64,000 nucleotides of DNA from Malacoraja senta (lineage: Eukaryota). Both the position numbers and the translations under genes were made by a program. Below the pieces are notes generated by a model. That model was not told the DNA's origin and did no database searches. It saw only the letters and a list, made by a program, of their open reading frames with translations. Every line of letters begins with the position of its first letter. Position 1 is the stretch's first letter. Location of the stretch: contig CM075993.1 of the NCBI GenBank assembly GCA_038087875.1, positions 3,660,001 to 3,724,000 of the forward strand, in the 5' to 3' direction. Positions 1 through 13,048 of this stretch are shown in pieces.

Positions 1-360
1 GTCCTGAGTCTCCTCCATGGCCACAGCGAGCAACACCGGAAATTGTAGGAAATGCACCTCATATTCCGCTTGGGCAGTCTACATCCTGGGGGCTTGAACA
101 TTGAATTCTCCCAATTCTGCTAGCCCTTGCTGTCCCCTCCCCTTCATCAGCCCTCTGGTTGTCTCCTCCCATCCCCCAGCCCTCGGGCTCCTCCTCCGCC
201 TTTTTTCCTTTCTTCTCCCCACCCCCTATCAGTCTGAAGAAGGGTTTCGGCCCGAAACGTTGCCCATTTCCTTCACTCCATAGATGCTGCTGCACCCGCT
301 GAGTTTCTCCAGCATTTTTGTGTACCTTCGATTTTCCAGCATCTGCAGTTCCTTCTTTAA
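1..360 (+). mobile_element. Penelope-like element 3' end: GIY-YIG endonuclease C-terminus plus pseudo-LTR with hammerhead motif
   Basis: 1-123 translates VLSLLHGHSEQHRKL*EMHLIFRLGSLHPGGLNIEF, the typical PLE GIY-YIG tail with an internal stop. A pyrimidine-rich stretch follows, then CTGAAGAAGGGTTTCGGCCCGAAACGTT at 234-271. Confidence 0.8.
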
Positions 361-904
361 CAAAGTTCTTTTAAGGATGTGGTGACACAAGGAACAACAG
401 ATACTGGAATCTTGAGCAAAACACAAAGTGCTGGAGGAACTCAGCGGGTCAGGCAGCTTATGTGGAGGGAATGGACAGGTGATGTTTTGGATCAGGACCT
501 TCCACAGTCTGAAACATCGACCCTTCTTTGACCCGAAGCATCATCTGTCCATTTTCTCCACAGATACTGCATGACCTGCTGAGTTTCTCCAGCATTTTGT
601 GTTTTGCTGTAAGGGAGTGGTGCTTTACCTCAACCAGAGAGCAGTGCTGAACTACTATCTACCTCATTGGTCACCCTCGGACTATCCTTGATCGGACTTT
701 GCTGGCTTTACCTTGCACTAAACGTTATTCCCTTATCATGTATCTATACACTGTAAATGGCTCGATTGTAATCATGTATTGTCTTTCTGCTGACTGGATA
801 GCACGCAACAAACGTTTTTCACTGTACCTCGGTACACGTGACAATAAACTAAACTGAACTTTAATGTACAGGTTACTTGTCCAGTCTTTAATTAATGGTT
901 GAAC

Positions 905-2070
905 CATTATGAAGATAAGTGAATTCTAGGTAAGTGTACAGTTAAAATGGAGATGGGCTGATTAGCGGATAGGCTGAGTTGCGGATAAAGCGGAAGATTG
1001 TCAAAGGAGGACATAGATCAGAGGGAAGTATGAGTGGAGAAATGGCAGATGGAGTTTAATCCAGAAAAGTGTGAGGTGAGATCAAAACTAAGGGGAAGGT
1101 AAGGCAGGGTCCTTAGGGATCAGAGGATGCAAGTCCATGGCTCTCTGAAAGTGGCAACTCAAGTAGATAAAGTGGGCAAAGCAATAAAATGGTATACTTC
1201 GAAGGTAGACACAAAATGCTGGAGTAACTCAGCGGGACAGGCAGCATCTCTGGAGAGAAGGAATGGGTGATGTTTTGGGTCCAGACCTTTCTTCAGACTT
1301 CAGATGTGGTATACTTGCCTTTATCAATCAGGCATAAAATAAGTCAAGTTATAGCAGCATAAACCTTTGGTTAAGTCACACGGAGCAGTTCTTGATCACC
1401 ACATTACAGGACGGATGTGGATGTTTTGGCGAGGCTTACCAGAATGCTAAGATAGACACAAAGCTGGAGTAACTCAGCAGGTCAGAGACAGCATCTCTGG
1501 AGAATAGGAATAGGTGACGTTTCTGGTCGAGACCTTTCTTCAGACTACTCTAATCTGGTGCAGAACTCCCTCTCTTTAAAAATTGGCACTGATGATTTAG
1601 CCAGGATCGCTATCCTCAGTCCACAGAATAATCTTTCAGCTCCCTTACACAAGGTCTAAGAATGCTGGATTGGAGCGTATTAGCTGAAAGGAGATATTAG
1701 ATAAACTTGGGCTTATTTTCTTTGGATCTTTAGAGACTAAGGGATCTGCTAGACGTATATAAAATAATGAGAAGCTTAGATGGGGTAGAGAGTCAGAGTC
1801 TTTTTGCTCAAGGTAGAGATGTTAAATACTAGAGGGTGTAGCTTTGTGTTGAGAGAGAGAGAGAGAAAGTTTAAGGAGATTTATGAGGCAGTTTTACACA
1901 GAGAATTGTAGTTGTGTGGAACAACCTGCCAAGGGAGACGATGGAAACAGATATGACAGCAACATTTAAGAGGCGTGCAGGCATCGGAAGGAAATGGATT
2001 AAGAGCAGGTTGATTGGATTTGTTTAAATTAGCATCATGGTCGGCAGAGCTGCTGTGGGTATTGTGCTAG
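905..2070 (+). mobile_element. Degraded CR1 (HER1-like) LINE fragment interrupted by PLE pseudo-LTR insertions
   Basis: CR1 RT 3' motifs (aaatggcagatggagtttaatcc; tactagaggg...tttacacagaga). The insert at about 1200-1306 is flanked by a TGGTATACTT duplication (1190-1199, 1307-1316). Confidence 0.65.
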
Positions 2071-2231
2071 GTTGTAGGTAAATGCAAGGATAGAGAGAAG
2101 AGAATTACTAATGAAAGCTTTCATAAAACATTAACTCCATTTCTCTCTCCACTGTCTGACCTACTGAGTATTCCCAGCATTTTTCGGTTTCATTAAATTT
2201 GATAAGAGATTTCTTTGCAAAGACTTTAGAC

Positions 2232-2469
2232 TTCTGTCCCACTTTCCCGAGTTGTTCACGAATTCTGCCGAGTTTTCAAACTCGCAGAATGTTCGTAACG
2301 AGTCCAGAGGAGGCCGTGGATAGATCGTAGCGGCTCGTTATGCCAGTCGTAAGGTACTCGGGCTATTTTTTTACTCGTGTACATTTTTCATCAGGCTGGA
2401 AAGGAACGTCCCGACTTCCTGATGCCCCGGGTACCTACGGCTGGCACAACTCGGGAAAGTGGGACAGAA
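2232..2469. mobile_element. Non-autonomous PIF/Harbinger-type MITE
   Basis: Perfect 24-bp TIR TTCTGTCCCACTTTCCCGAGTTGT / ACAACTCGGGAAAGTGGGACAGAA, with the same CTGTCCCAC terminus as other MITEs in the window. Confidence 0.75.
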
Positions 2470-2989
2470 CCAAAGCGTTTATTTTCTACTCCACAGTGTT
2501 CTGTTATTCAATTATCTTTGATACCTTGTCCCCAGATTCAGCCTGACCCCGACCCCAAGCTATTCCAGAGCTGTAGAGTCTGTGAATCTAGATCAAAGGA
2601 CTTTATTCATTTGCATCCTTTCAGCAGATTTGTAATTATCAGTCAAAGGGCGGATTTTTTTTCGAAGGGGAACGGGAGAAAAGATGTGTAGGAAAAAAAT
2701 GTTGTGCCGTTTTCCCGACACACCATCCCAACTTCGTGGTGAATCCGATCTTGAATCATCGATTATCGTCTGACCCGCTGAGTTACTCCAGCTTTTTGTG
2801 TCAATCTGCTGCCTGACCCACTGAGTTCTTCCAGACAACTTGTGTTTTTGCTCAAGATTTCAGTGTCTCTAGTATATCCAACAAAAACGCATCAAGCCTA
2901 AAACTCCTCTCATCTCATCCATCTTTACAGCATTTCTCCAGGGCATTTGCTTCTTAAAAATAAACATAATTAAACATAAACATAATTGC

Positions 2990-3245
2990 AGCCCCTAGAC
3001 TGTGGAACAGCATCCCCTTTCCCATCAGAACTTCCCCCTCCATCGACTCTTTTAAGTCAAGACTAAAGACTTATCTATACTCCCAAGCCTTTCCTGACGT
3101 CCTCTGAGTGAGGGCTACATGTATATATGTATGTAGTTTGTTTTGTTTGTGCTATTCTTATAACAAATGTAAAGCCCTTTGGCCAACGAGAGTGTTTTTT
3201 AAATGTTCTATATAAATATATGTGACTTGACTTGACTTGACTAAA
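2990..3245 (+). mobile_element. L2-type LINE 3' end with (GACTT)n tail
   Basis: Reads LWNSIP...FKSRLKTYL, followed by a 3' UTR and tandem tgact repeats. Confidence 0.65.
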
Positions 3246-3389
3246 CTATTTAATACAAATATTCACCACTTTTTTTTCCCAATTCCGAATCGGTGATTCT
3301 GGTGAACATCTACAGAGTGCAATAAAACCCATACGTTTTGGTCTCGACACTGCATATTCCAAAAAGCAAACATTTCAGTTTAAACTCAC

Positions 3390-3730
3390 CTGTCTGAAGG
3401 CAGAGGACGTCTGGTCTGAGCAAGAGCTAGCTCCCTTTGTGAGCTTTCCCGGAAGGTTTGGCACTAACTATACAGTCAGTCACTCGATACCTATCTTCCA
3501 ATTATGCAAATATAGTTCCTCCCTCGAAGGCAATAGAACGGAAGGAATGCGGATTATTGAAGACGTTTTCAAAGCTAAATCATTTCCGCCTCAGAAATCC
3601 TTTGACCGGTTTAATTTCAGGACCAGCTGACTCATTCTCTTTCATTCTCCGGACAATGGGTCTATTTATAATTCCAGTCGCTAGTCCTGGATGCCCCGTA
3701 AAGCCAATTAACACTCGCTCACCCAATGGT
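3390..3730 (-). promoter_or_regulatory. Probable promoter and non-coding first exon of an unidentified minus-strand gene
   Basis: Repeat-free island. Minus-strand TATAAATAGA at 3661-3670, CCAAT boxes at 3704-3708 and 3723-3727, and a consensus donor CAG|GTGAGT at 3390/3389. All minus-strand ATGs in between hit stops quickly. Confidence 0.5.
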
Positions 3731-3810
3731 GTTGTTCACGAAGGGTGAACGTGGGATACAATCTGTAGCTTCTATGAGTTCTCACAGGGGGGCAAGAGTT
3801 AATCCTCAAA

Positions 3811-4147
3811 TAGACACAAAAAAGCTGGAGTAACTCAGCGAGACAGGCAGCATCTCTGGGGAGAAGGAATGGGTGACGTTTCGGGTCGAGACCCTTCTTC
3901 AGACTGGTTAGGTATAAGGGAAAAACCTCGTGTTGAGGGTTTTGTTCAGGAGATGCGGACGCGACTGGGCAGGCCAATGTGGATTGTCCTTAGATCCTTA
4001 TCTCTTAGATAATTTCTTATCTGAGTGTCTCCCCTCTTGCCCTGACTCTCAGTCTGAAGAAGGGTCTCGACCCGAAACGTCACCCATTCCTCTCTCCAGA
4101 GATGCTGCCTGTCCCCGCTGAGTTTACTCCAGCATTTTGTGTCTACC
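3811..4147. mobile_element. Inverted pair of PLE pseudo-LTRs with hammerhead motifs on both strands
   Basis: tagacacaaaaaagctggagtaactcagc...cccttcttcagact (minus-strand motif 3875-3902) and its reverse complement agtctgaagaagggtctcgacccgaaacgtc...ttttgtgtctacc (plus-strand motif 4054-4081). Confidence 0.8.
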
Positions 4148-5519
4148 TTCTAAGATCCATGAGATAGACACCAAAAGCCAGAGTAAATGAAAAGTTGGAG
4201 AGACAGCATCTCTGAAGAATAGGAATAGGTGACGTTTCGGGTCGAGACCTTTCTTGAGACCGAACTGGGGAGGCAGTTAAGCCACACTGATGGGTCTGGA
4301 AGGAAGAAGAAATTCTGAAGGCAGGCACGGGTTCTTGATTGGGGACCATCAGCCATGATCATAATGAATGGCGGTGCTGGCTCGAAGGGCCGAATGGCCT
4401 CCTCCTGCACCTATTTTCTATGTTTCTCTGAACTCCTGGTCCAGCTGTATTCTTCGGACTTGCCTTTTCTGTTGTTCGATATATTTATTAGAGATTAGAG
4501 ATTAGAGATTCCTTTATTTGTCATTCAGACCTTTCGGTCTGAACGAAATTTCGTTGCCTGCAGTCATACATATAATAATAAATGACAAAACACACAATAA
4601 ACACAAATTAACATCCACCACAGTGAGTTCACCAGGCACCTCCTCACTGTGATGGAGGCAAAAGTCTTAAAGTCTCTGTCTCTTCCGCTTTCTTCTCCCT
4701 CTGCGCTGAGGCGATCCGGGCTTCTGATGCTGTGGCCCCGCCGGGCGACGGTAAGCCAGTCCAGCGGCCGAATTTATTCCAGATAGGTGGACCTTTCCTC
4801 CCAGCTCAGGATTCCTGATCCACCTGCCCCCCCCCCCCCAATCCCCTCCTCATAGATGTTAACCCTCTATGATCAACCCATTGCTGGAGCAATGCTGGAG
4901 TAACTCAGCGGGACAGGCAGCATCTCTGGGAGAGAAGGAATGGGTGACGTTTCAGGTCAAGACCCTGTCCCGCTGAGTTACTCCAGCATGTTGTGTCTCT
5001 CTTTGGGGTAAACCAGCATCTGCAGTTCCTTCCTACACATCTATCCATTGCTAGCAGTTGAGTTTAGTTTAGTTTATTGTCACGTGTACCAAGGTACAGT
5101 GAAAACATTTTTTTTGCCTGCTATCCAGACAGCGGAATGAGAATAGCTGATTAAAATCGAGCCATTTACAGTGTACAATCTAGCCATTTACATTCCCATA
5201 ATCAGGGAATAACGTTCAGTGCCAGTAAAATCTGATCAAAGATGGTCGGAGGGTCACCAATGAGGCAGATAGCAGTTCAGCACTGCTCTCTGGTTGTGGT
5301 AGGATGATTCAGTTGCCTGATTACAGCTGGGAAGAAACAAAGATTAGCATGACATTGACTTCCTCAATTGTCCCATTGCCCTTGTCACTGTGACTGACCC
5401 CCCCCCCTGAACTTCTTACCAACCCATCCCAAGATGGTTATCAGATCTCTGACTAAGGGTGATGCTGTTGTTTGACAAACCATCTTGCAGGGTTGGAATG
5501 AGAGCTCTCTAATACCTTG

Positions 5520-5725
5520 ACTCCCCGCTACCTGCGTGGGTTTGTCCGAGATTCTTCGGTTTCCTCCCACACTCCAAAGATGTACAGGTTTGTCGGTTAA
5601 TTGGCTTGGTGTAAGTGTAATTTGTCCCTAGTGTGTGTAGGATAGTGTTAATGTGCGGGGATCGCTGGTCGGTGCGGACTCGGTGGGCCGAAGGGCCTGT
5701 TACCGTGCTGTATCTCTAAAATTAA
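5520..5725 (+). mobile_element. 5'-truncated HE1-like V-SINE
   Basis: V-domain gcgtgggtt...ggtttcctcccacactccaaagatgtacagg, and a HER1-like 3' end gggccgaagggcctgtt...ctgtatctctaaa. Confidence 0.75.
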
Positions 5726-5874
5726 AATCACGAATCCACTTCTACCTTCTTCCGAAGATCCACACTTAGGATTGTCCTGTAGACTCCCTGCACAGAATTC
5801 CTATATTCCTCCTATATCGAGCACAGAAGAGGATTACCTGCCTGGGTTAGAGGGTAGCAGCTATAAGGAGAGGT

Positions 5875-5991
5875 ACACAAAAATGCTGGAGAAACTCAGC
5901 GGGTGCAGCAGCATCTATGGAGCTCCATAGAGTTTCTCCAGCATTTTTGTGTACCTTCGATTTTCCAGCATCTGCAGTTCCTTCTTTAACA
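5875..5991. mobile_element. Fold-back PLE pseudo-LTR insertion with a 17-bp target-site duplication
   Basis: CAGCTATAAGGAGAGGT at 5858-5874 and 5992-6008 flanks a self-complementary insert inside a CR1 fragment. Confidence 0.8.
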
Positions 5992-8346
5992 CAGCTATAA
6001 GGAGAGGTTGGACATAATTGTTAGTTTTCTCTGGAGCACAGAGAATGAAGGGATACCAGTAGGAAGGAACTGCAGGTGCTGGTTTAAACAGAAGATAGAC
6101 ACACACAAAATGGAGTAACTCAGCGGGTCAGCTGGAAAAGTCATCCATTCCTGCTCTCTAGAGATGTTGCCTGTCCGCTAAGTTACACCAGCATTTTGTG
6201 TCTATCTTCCTCCACAAATGCTGCCTGACCCACTGAAGTTTTTTTTTTGTTCCAGATCCCAGCATCTACTGTCTATTGTGTCAACATTGCGAAATTAATT
6301 TTGGTCTGTATCTTTATACATGTATTTCCAAATATTACATAGCAAACTCTCGCTGATCATAACTTTCTTAAATTACTTTCACACACGTGCCGTGGTCAAC
6401 AGCCATCCAGTGTAAATCAAGAAAGATAGAGAGTGGTAAAGTAACTCAGTGGGTCAGACAGAATCTCCAGAGAACATTGATAGGTGACATTTTGGGACGG
6501 GACACTTCTTCAAAGGGGGGGGGGGGGAGGACAAAATGTGGCAAGTGATGGGTAGATAAAGATAAGGGGTGATTCCATCTATCACTTGCCAGGTTTCCTT
6601 CACCTCTTTTCCAACATTCTCACCCCCCCCCCACAATCACTCTGAAGAAGTGTCCTGATTTGAAACATCGCCTATCCATGTTCTACAGCAATGCTGACTG
6701 ACCCGCTGAGTTACTCCAACACTTTAAGGTCATAAGGAATAGGAGTAAAATTAGGCCATTCGGCCCATCAAGTCTACTCTGTCATTCAAGTCTCCTATAC
6801 TCCGCCATGCAATCACGGCTGATCTATCTCCCCCCTCCTAACCCCATTCTCCTGCCTTCTCCACATAACCTCTGACACCTACACTAGTCTTTTTTTTGTA
6901 AAGCAACATCTGCAGTTCTTTGTATCCACGTGGTCCGGGCGTCCTTATTTAAGGATGTGTATATATCGGAAACAGCCTAGGGAAAAGTTACTAGACTAAT
7001 AAATGGGTGGGTTGACTTATGAGCTAACGTTGAAAGACATGTGTGCACTGTAGTTTGGAAATGTAGGAGTGAAGGATATATAGATACAGCTCCAAGATTG
7101 TCTTGCTGCATGCAAGTTTACTTGCTCAATAGTTGCAAATGAAAGTGAACTTTGTGCAATCATCAGCATACCTCCCAACAGGGTGAATGTGGAGAGGATG
7201 TTATCTCTTGTGGGGAACACAGAGTTACTGTTTAAAAGTAAAGATTCAGCAAGTTAAGAGGAGGATGTGAATATTTTATCTGAAAATTGTAAGATCATAA
7301 GTCCACAAGTGATAGGAGCAGAATTAGGCCATTCGGCCCATCAAGTCTACTCCGCCATTCAATCATGGCTGATCTATCTCTCCCTCCTAAATCCCATTCT
7401 CTTGCCTTCTCCCCATGACCTCTGACATTGTGAGTCTTCCTTCAAATGTTTTTCAAGAGGGTGTAGATAGATTCCTGATAAGTAAGCGGGTTAATGATGA
7501 CCAGAGGAAGGTACGATTGTGGAGGTGGATGTTACATTCAGATCAGCGACGATCTTGTTGAAAGGCAGAACAGGATTGACGAGCCAAGTGGGACACTGTT
7601 TCTCCCAATTTGTATGTTCATACAAACTTCTTTAACTCCACTTATGTTCTGCAGTCGAAAGTGTAGCTCTGGAATGTTGCATGGGTCGGTTATGACTGCC
7701 GACTTGTGGGATAAGGAGGGACTGGTTTCGTTTAGTTTAGAGATACAGCGCGGACACAGGCCCGTTGGCCCACTGAGTCCGCACCAACCAGCGATCCCCG
7801 CACAGTAACACTATCCTAACACACTAGGGACAATTTACATTTATACCAAGCCTACAAACCTGTACGTCTTTGGAGTGTGGTTGTAAATGAAAGTGAACAT
7901 TGTAACGATGTACGATCGTGCAGCGGTAGAGTTGCTGCCTTACAGCGCCAGAGACACGGGTTCGAACCTGACTTGTCTGCATAGAGTTTGTACGTTCTCT
8001 CCGAGACCTGGGTGGGTTTTCTCCGGGATCTCTGGTTTCCCCCCATACTCCAAAGACGTACTGGTTTATAGACTCCGGAGAACATGGATAGCTAACATTT
8101 CAGGTCAGGACCCTTCTTCAGACTGCAATCTCCAAGGATCAGTTTCAAATCCAGAGAACATAAGGTTGATTCAACTCCATATCCTAATTTTCCTATTGTC
8201 CATGTTTAAAATAGGATCGCAGATCGAGTCGATTCTGGACCCTGAGGTTGGCAATCTATTTCCTTTCTAACTTAGTGTCCTCCATGATATTTATTCCTAG
8301 ATTCCAATATATTATTGCTTATCATTCAAGAAATCTTCAACAAGGA

Positions 8347-8977
8347 ATCAAGTTCAAGTTCAAGTGAGTTTATTGTCATGTGTCCCTGATAGGACAATGA
8401 AATTCTTGCTTTGCTTCAGCACAACAGAACATAGTAGGCATTGACTACAAAACAGATCAGCGTGTCCATATACCATTCTATAAATATATACACACATGAA
8501 TAAATAAACTGATCAAGTGAAAATAACAGATAATGGGCTATTAATGTTCATAGTTTTGTCCGAGCTAAGTTTAATAGCCTGATGGCTGTGGGGAAGTGGC
8601 TATTCCTGAACCTGGTCGTTGCAGTCTTCAGGCTCCTGTACCTTCTACCTGAAGGTAGTAGGGAGATGAGTGTGTGGCCAGGATGGTGTGGGTCCTTGAT
8701 GATGCTGCCAGCCTTTTTGAGGCAGCGACTGTGGTAGATCCCCTCGATGGAAGGGAGGTCAGAGCCGATGATGGACTGGGCAGTGTTTACTACTTTTTGT
8801 AGTCTTTTCCTCTCCAGGGCGCTCAAGTTGCCGAACCAAGCCACGTTGCAACCGGTCAGCCTGCTCTCTACTGTGCACCTGTAGATGTTCGAGAGAGTCC
8901 TCCTTGACAAACCGACTCTCCGTAATCTTCTCAGGAAGTAGAGGCGCTGATGTGCTTTCTTAATAATTGCATCAGTG
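8347..8977 (-). mobile_element. Rex1/Babar-like LINE 3' fragment
   Basis: ORF 8548-8910 (IYRCTVES..WFGN..KRLQKVV..IIKDPHHPGH..LLPSGRRYRS..FPTAIRLLN) plus a (TTGAAC)n tail. Confidence 0.8.
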
Positions 8978-10322
8978 GTAGTGTTAATATGAGTAGTAGT
9001 AGGTTGATGCAGGAAGCTGCACGTCTAATACACACCCTAGAGAGATGCAGAGGAAAATATTGAGCAATAACCAATACGTTGCAAACTTGCTTTAAACTGG
9101 TTCTTCCAGAAATATAAAACCTGAGTTAACTTTACAGTGCAAAATAATTTTTGGAACTTAAATAATTAATACCTGCATTCTACCAAAAGTATGTGTTTAC
9201 ATATCTGTAAATGAGTAAATGTGGTGATGGAATGTAACCTAGGTGGAATCCTACTGAAGAATAATTGAGCTCGCACATGTACGTTTGCCTGCCATTCCCA
9301 TGTATTCCTGCTGCTGCATTCTTAAGAGGGCTTCTGCACTCTTCAAGATTCTGCCCGTAGACCAAGGCATGGTTGGCCCTCATAGTTGCAGAAGGTCACA
9401 AGGCAAGATTTTGTGGGAATTAAAATAGGCAGATTATGTACTGCTGTCGACGGGATTTGGGTCGGTATAATTAAAACATTATTTTTAACTGTGGACGATG
9501 ACGTTCCAATTGAAAAACAGAAAAAGGCCTTCAACTTTGGGAACCCACCTGGAAGGCCGGTGAGCTGGAGGCCCTGCTGAGAGTTTCCAACATTTCCCGT
9601 TTTTGTTGGCTGTTTGTTGCAAGTTGAGTTGCGTTTTTCCTTCATTGTGGCCACGTGTCACCATTGCCTCGCGAACATCACTCAGACCATGAGCTGAATG
9701 TTGTGGAGAGGATGTTTCCACTGGAGGGAGAGTCTCGGACCAGAGGCCACAGCCTCGGAATTAAAGGGCACACTTTTAGAAAGGAGACGAGGAGGAACTT
9801 CTTTAGTCAGAGGGTGGTTAATCTGTGGAGCTCATTGCCTCAGAGGGCTGTGGAGGCCAAGTCAGTGGATATTTTAAAGGCAGATATAGACCAATTCTTG
9901 ATTAGAACGGGTGTCAGGGGGTCATGGGGAGAAGGCAGGAAAATAGGATTAGGAGGCAGAGATCAGCCATGATTGAACGGCAGCTTAGACTCAATGGAAC
10001 GAATGGCCTGATTCTACTCCTCTTGCTTGTGAAATTATTTGCTTCATGGCTACGTTTGGCAATGGAGGCCAACAAAAATTGTGACTGTAGCATCAAATGT
10101 TAACACAAATTGACAGATTATTCCAACACATCAGCTTGCAACACCACACCAGCTGTGGTAGAAAAATTATCAATACAATCATGATTTAAGATATGTGTAA
10201 GAAGGAATGCAGATGCTGGTTTACACCGAAGATGGACACAAAATGCTGGAGTAACTCAGGCAGCATCTCGGAGAGAGAAAGATATGGTGATGTTTCGGGT
10301 CGACACCCTTCGTCTGAAGAAG

Positions 10323-11361
10323 TAGGTATGTTACAAAACCTACCTTCAGTCGCGCTGTAATTCTGCCACTGGCCGTGTGCGCGATTTTGGCGCCTTTAAG
10401 GGGGGGCGGGGTTAAAACGCGGGTTTCTCCTCCCTTGTCCTGGTTAATATTTTGTTGGAGTACCAGCGCTGGCTGAAGAATCGTTCCTAGTGGCGATTTG
10501 TGTATTTTTATTTTTATTAAATCGTCAATGTCAGCGCTACAGTAATTTTAAAAGCAGCTCCTGAAGCGTCAACGCCGATAACGGGGACGGATTTCACACA
10601 CGGGACAGGTAAACGAAAGTGGTTTCTTTAAATGTATAAAAGTGCTTCTTAAGAAGCCTTTAATTCACATTTTTTCATGCGACACGGTGATTTTATTCCA
10701 CGAATTAACGGCAGTATTTTTCATGCCAATACGGGGTTAAATTCACCGCAAATCAACGTTCCAAATGATCGCGTTCCAGAAATCCTCACTCACAAGATGA
10801 TTTAAATGCCCATTAATTTACAGGTATTAAACATTCAATTCCTTCCATTTGGCCTGTAAATTCATGAAAATGAGATTTAAAAATTATGTTATATTGTGAA
10901 TTATTGTGTGAATGTTGTTTGGACACTTAGGCTATTTAAAAATGTTAATCTATTCTTAAGAAATTGATAGATGTTTAGATCTAGTAATTGAATTTTGTAA
11001 TTAGCTACAATTAGGTAACTAACTAATTATATGCTTGACTTTCATGTCTTCTAAGTAAGATTGTTTCATATTTGTTTCAGAAGGCTTCAATCTATAATAA
11101 CTGAAAATTTCTTTCAGTTATCTTAATTTTTAAGAAAGTTATGGGCTTTTGACTGTCCTCGATCACAACTTTTGTGTTAAGTCAATGGAAAAGCAATAGG
11201 GAACCAAGATGCTAATTTCCGAGTATGAAAATGGCCATAACTTCTTTAATACTGAAGATATGAAAGTGAATTAGGTGTCAAATTAAACTTCTTTTTATGC
11301 TTTATCTGATGGGATAAATTGCACTTTATTTTTAAAATCTCAAAATTTTGTAACATTGCTG
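10323..11361. mobile_element. About 1-kb non-autonomous DNA transposon (hAT- or P-like, family uncertain)
   Basis: Imperfect TIR TAGGTATGTTACAAAA / TTTTGTAACATTGCTG, flanked by duplicated GAAGAAG. No coding capacity seen. Confidence 0.65.
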
Positions 11362-11849
11362 GAAGAAGGATCTCCACCCGAAACGTCACCCATTCCTTCT
11401 CTCCAGAGATGCTGCCTGTCCCGCTGAGTTACTCCAGCATTTTGTGTCTATCTTCCTCCACAAATGTTGCCTGACCCACTGAATTCCGCCAGCAATTTGT
11501 TTTTTTGTTCCTGAATCCAGCGTCTATTGTGTCAACATTGTGAAATTTATTTTAGTCTGTATCTTTACACATGTATTTCCAAATATTACATAGCAAACTC
11601 TCACTGATCATAACTTTCTTAAATTACTTTCACACACGTGCCCTGGTCAACAGCCATCCAGTAAATCGCTTAATGTCACAGTTATAAGGGATGGGTGGTT
11701 ACGTGTGTCTTGTGTTAAATAGGGAATTAAAAGACAAACAAGTAATTTGAGAAACACTCAGCAGTTGTAGGTAGTATCCAGCAGAAGAGTAACAGAATCA
11801 GTATTTTCAGGTCTGAGTTCTGATGAAGGATATTCGACCTGAGATGTTA

Positions 11850-12400
11850 CATAGAATCATAGAAACATAAAAAATAGGTGCAGGAGGAGGCATTCGGCCC
11901 TTCGAGCCAACACCGCCATTCATTGTGATCATGGCTGATCGTCCCCAATCAATAACCCGTGCCTTCCTTCTCCCCATATCCCTTGATTCCACCAGCCCCT
12001 AGAGCTCTATCTAACTCTCTCTTAAATCCATCCAGTGATTTGGCCTCCACTGCCCTCTGTGGCAGGGAATTCCACAAATTCACAACTCTCTGGGTGAAAA
12101 AGTTTTTTCTCAACTCAGTCTTAAATGGCCTCCCCTTTATTCTAAGACTGTGGCCCCTGGTTCTGGACTCGCCCAACATTGGGAACATTTTTTCCTGCAT
12201 CTAGCCTGTCCAGTCCTTTTATAATTTTATATGTTTCTATAATATCTCCCCTCATCCTTCTAAACTCCAGTGAATACAAGCCTAGTCTTTTCAATCTTCC
12301 CTCATGTGACAGCCCCGCCATCCCAGGGATCAATCTCGTGAACCTACGCTGCACTGCCTCAATCACAAGGATGTCCTTCCTCAAATTAGGAGACCAAAAC
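11850..12400 (-). mobile_element. CR1 (HER1-like) LINE 3' fragment
   Basis: ORFs 12142-12489 and 11949-12200 encode FWSPNLRKD..VQRRFTRLIPG..RTRGHSL..FFTQRVVNLWNSLP; (TCTATG)-type tail. Confidence 0.85.
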
Positions 12401-12519
12401 TCTGTTTCTCTGTTAACTCTGTTTCCCTCTCTTGCTTGCAGCCAGACACGTTGAGTATTTCTGGTTTTCCAACATCTGCAGTTCGTCATCTGGAATTAAA
12501 AGATGCTTATCTTTTGCAA

Positions 12520-13048
12520 ATAGATACATAGAAACATAGAAGATAGGTGCAGGAGTAGGCCATTCGGCCCTTCGAGCCTGCACCGCCATTCAATATGATC
12601 ATGGCTGATCATCCAACTCAGTATCCCGTACCTGCCTTCTCTCCATACCCCCTGATCCCCTTAGCCACAAGGGCCACATCTAACTCCCTCTTAAATATAG
12701 CCAATGAACTGGCCTCAACTACCCTCTGTGGCAGAGAGTTCCAGAGATTCACCACTCTCTGTGTGAAAAAGTTTTTCCTCATCTCGGTCTTAAAGGATTT
12801 CCCCCTTATCCTTAAGCTGTGACCCCTTGTCCTGGACTTCCCCAACATCGGGAACAATCTTCCTGCATCTAGCCTGTCCAACCCCATAAGAATTTTGTAC
12901 GTTTCTATAAGATCCCCTCTCAATCTCCTAAATTCTAGCGAGTATAAGCCAAGTCTATCCAGTCTTTCTTCATATGAAAGTCCTGACATCCCAGGAATCA
13001 GTCTGGTGAACCTTCTCTGCACTCCCTCTATGGCTATAATGTCCTTCC
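12520..13048 (-). mobile_element. Young CR1 LINE 3' fragment
   Basis: ORF 12618-13112 encodes the CR1 ORF2 C-terminus; nearly identical to 18898-19426. Confidence 0.9.

Noticed and set aside
59..426. Recurrent short ORFs such as LKKELQMLENRRYTKMLEKL or SEEGFRPETLPISF as a peptide family
   Set aside because: They are translations of the repeated pseudo-LTR in varying frames, with no consistent start or stop.
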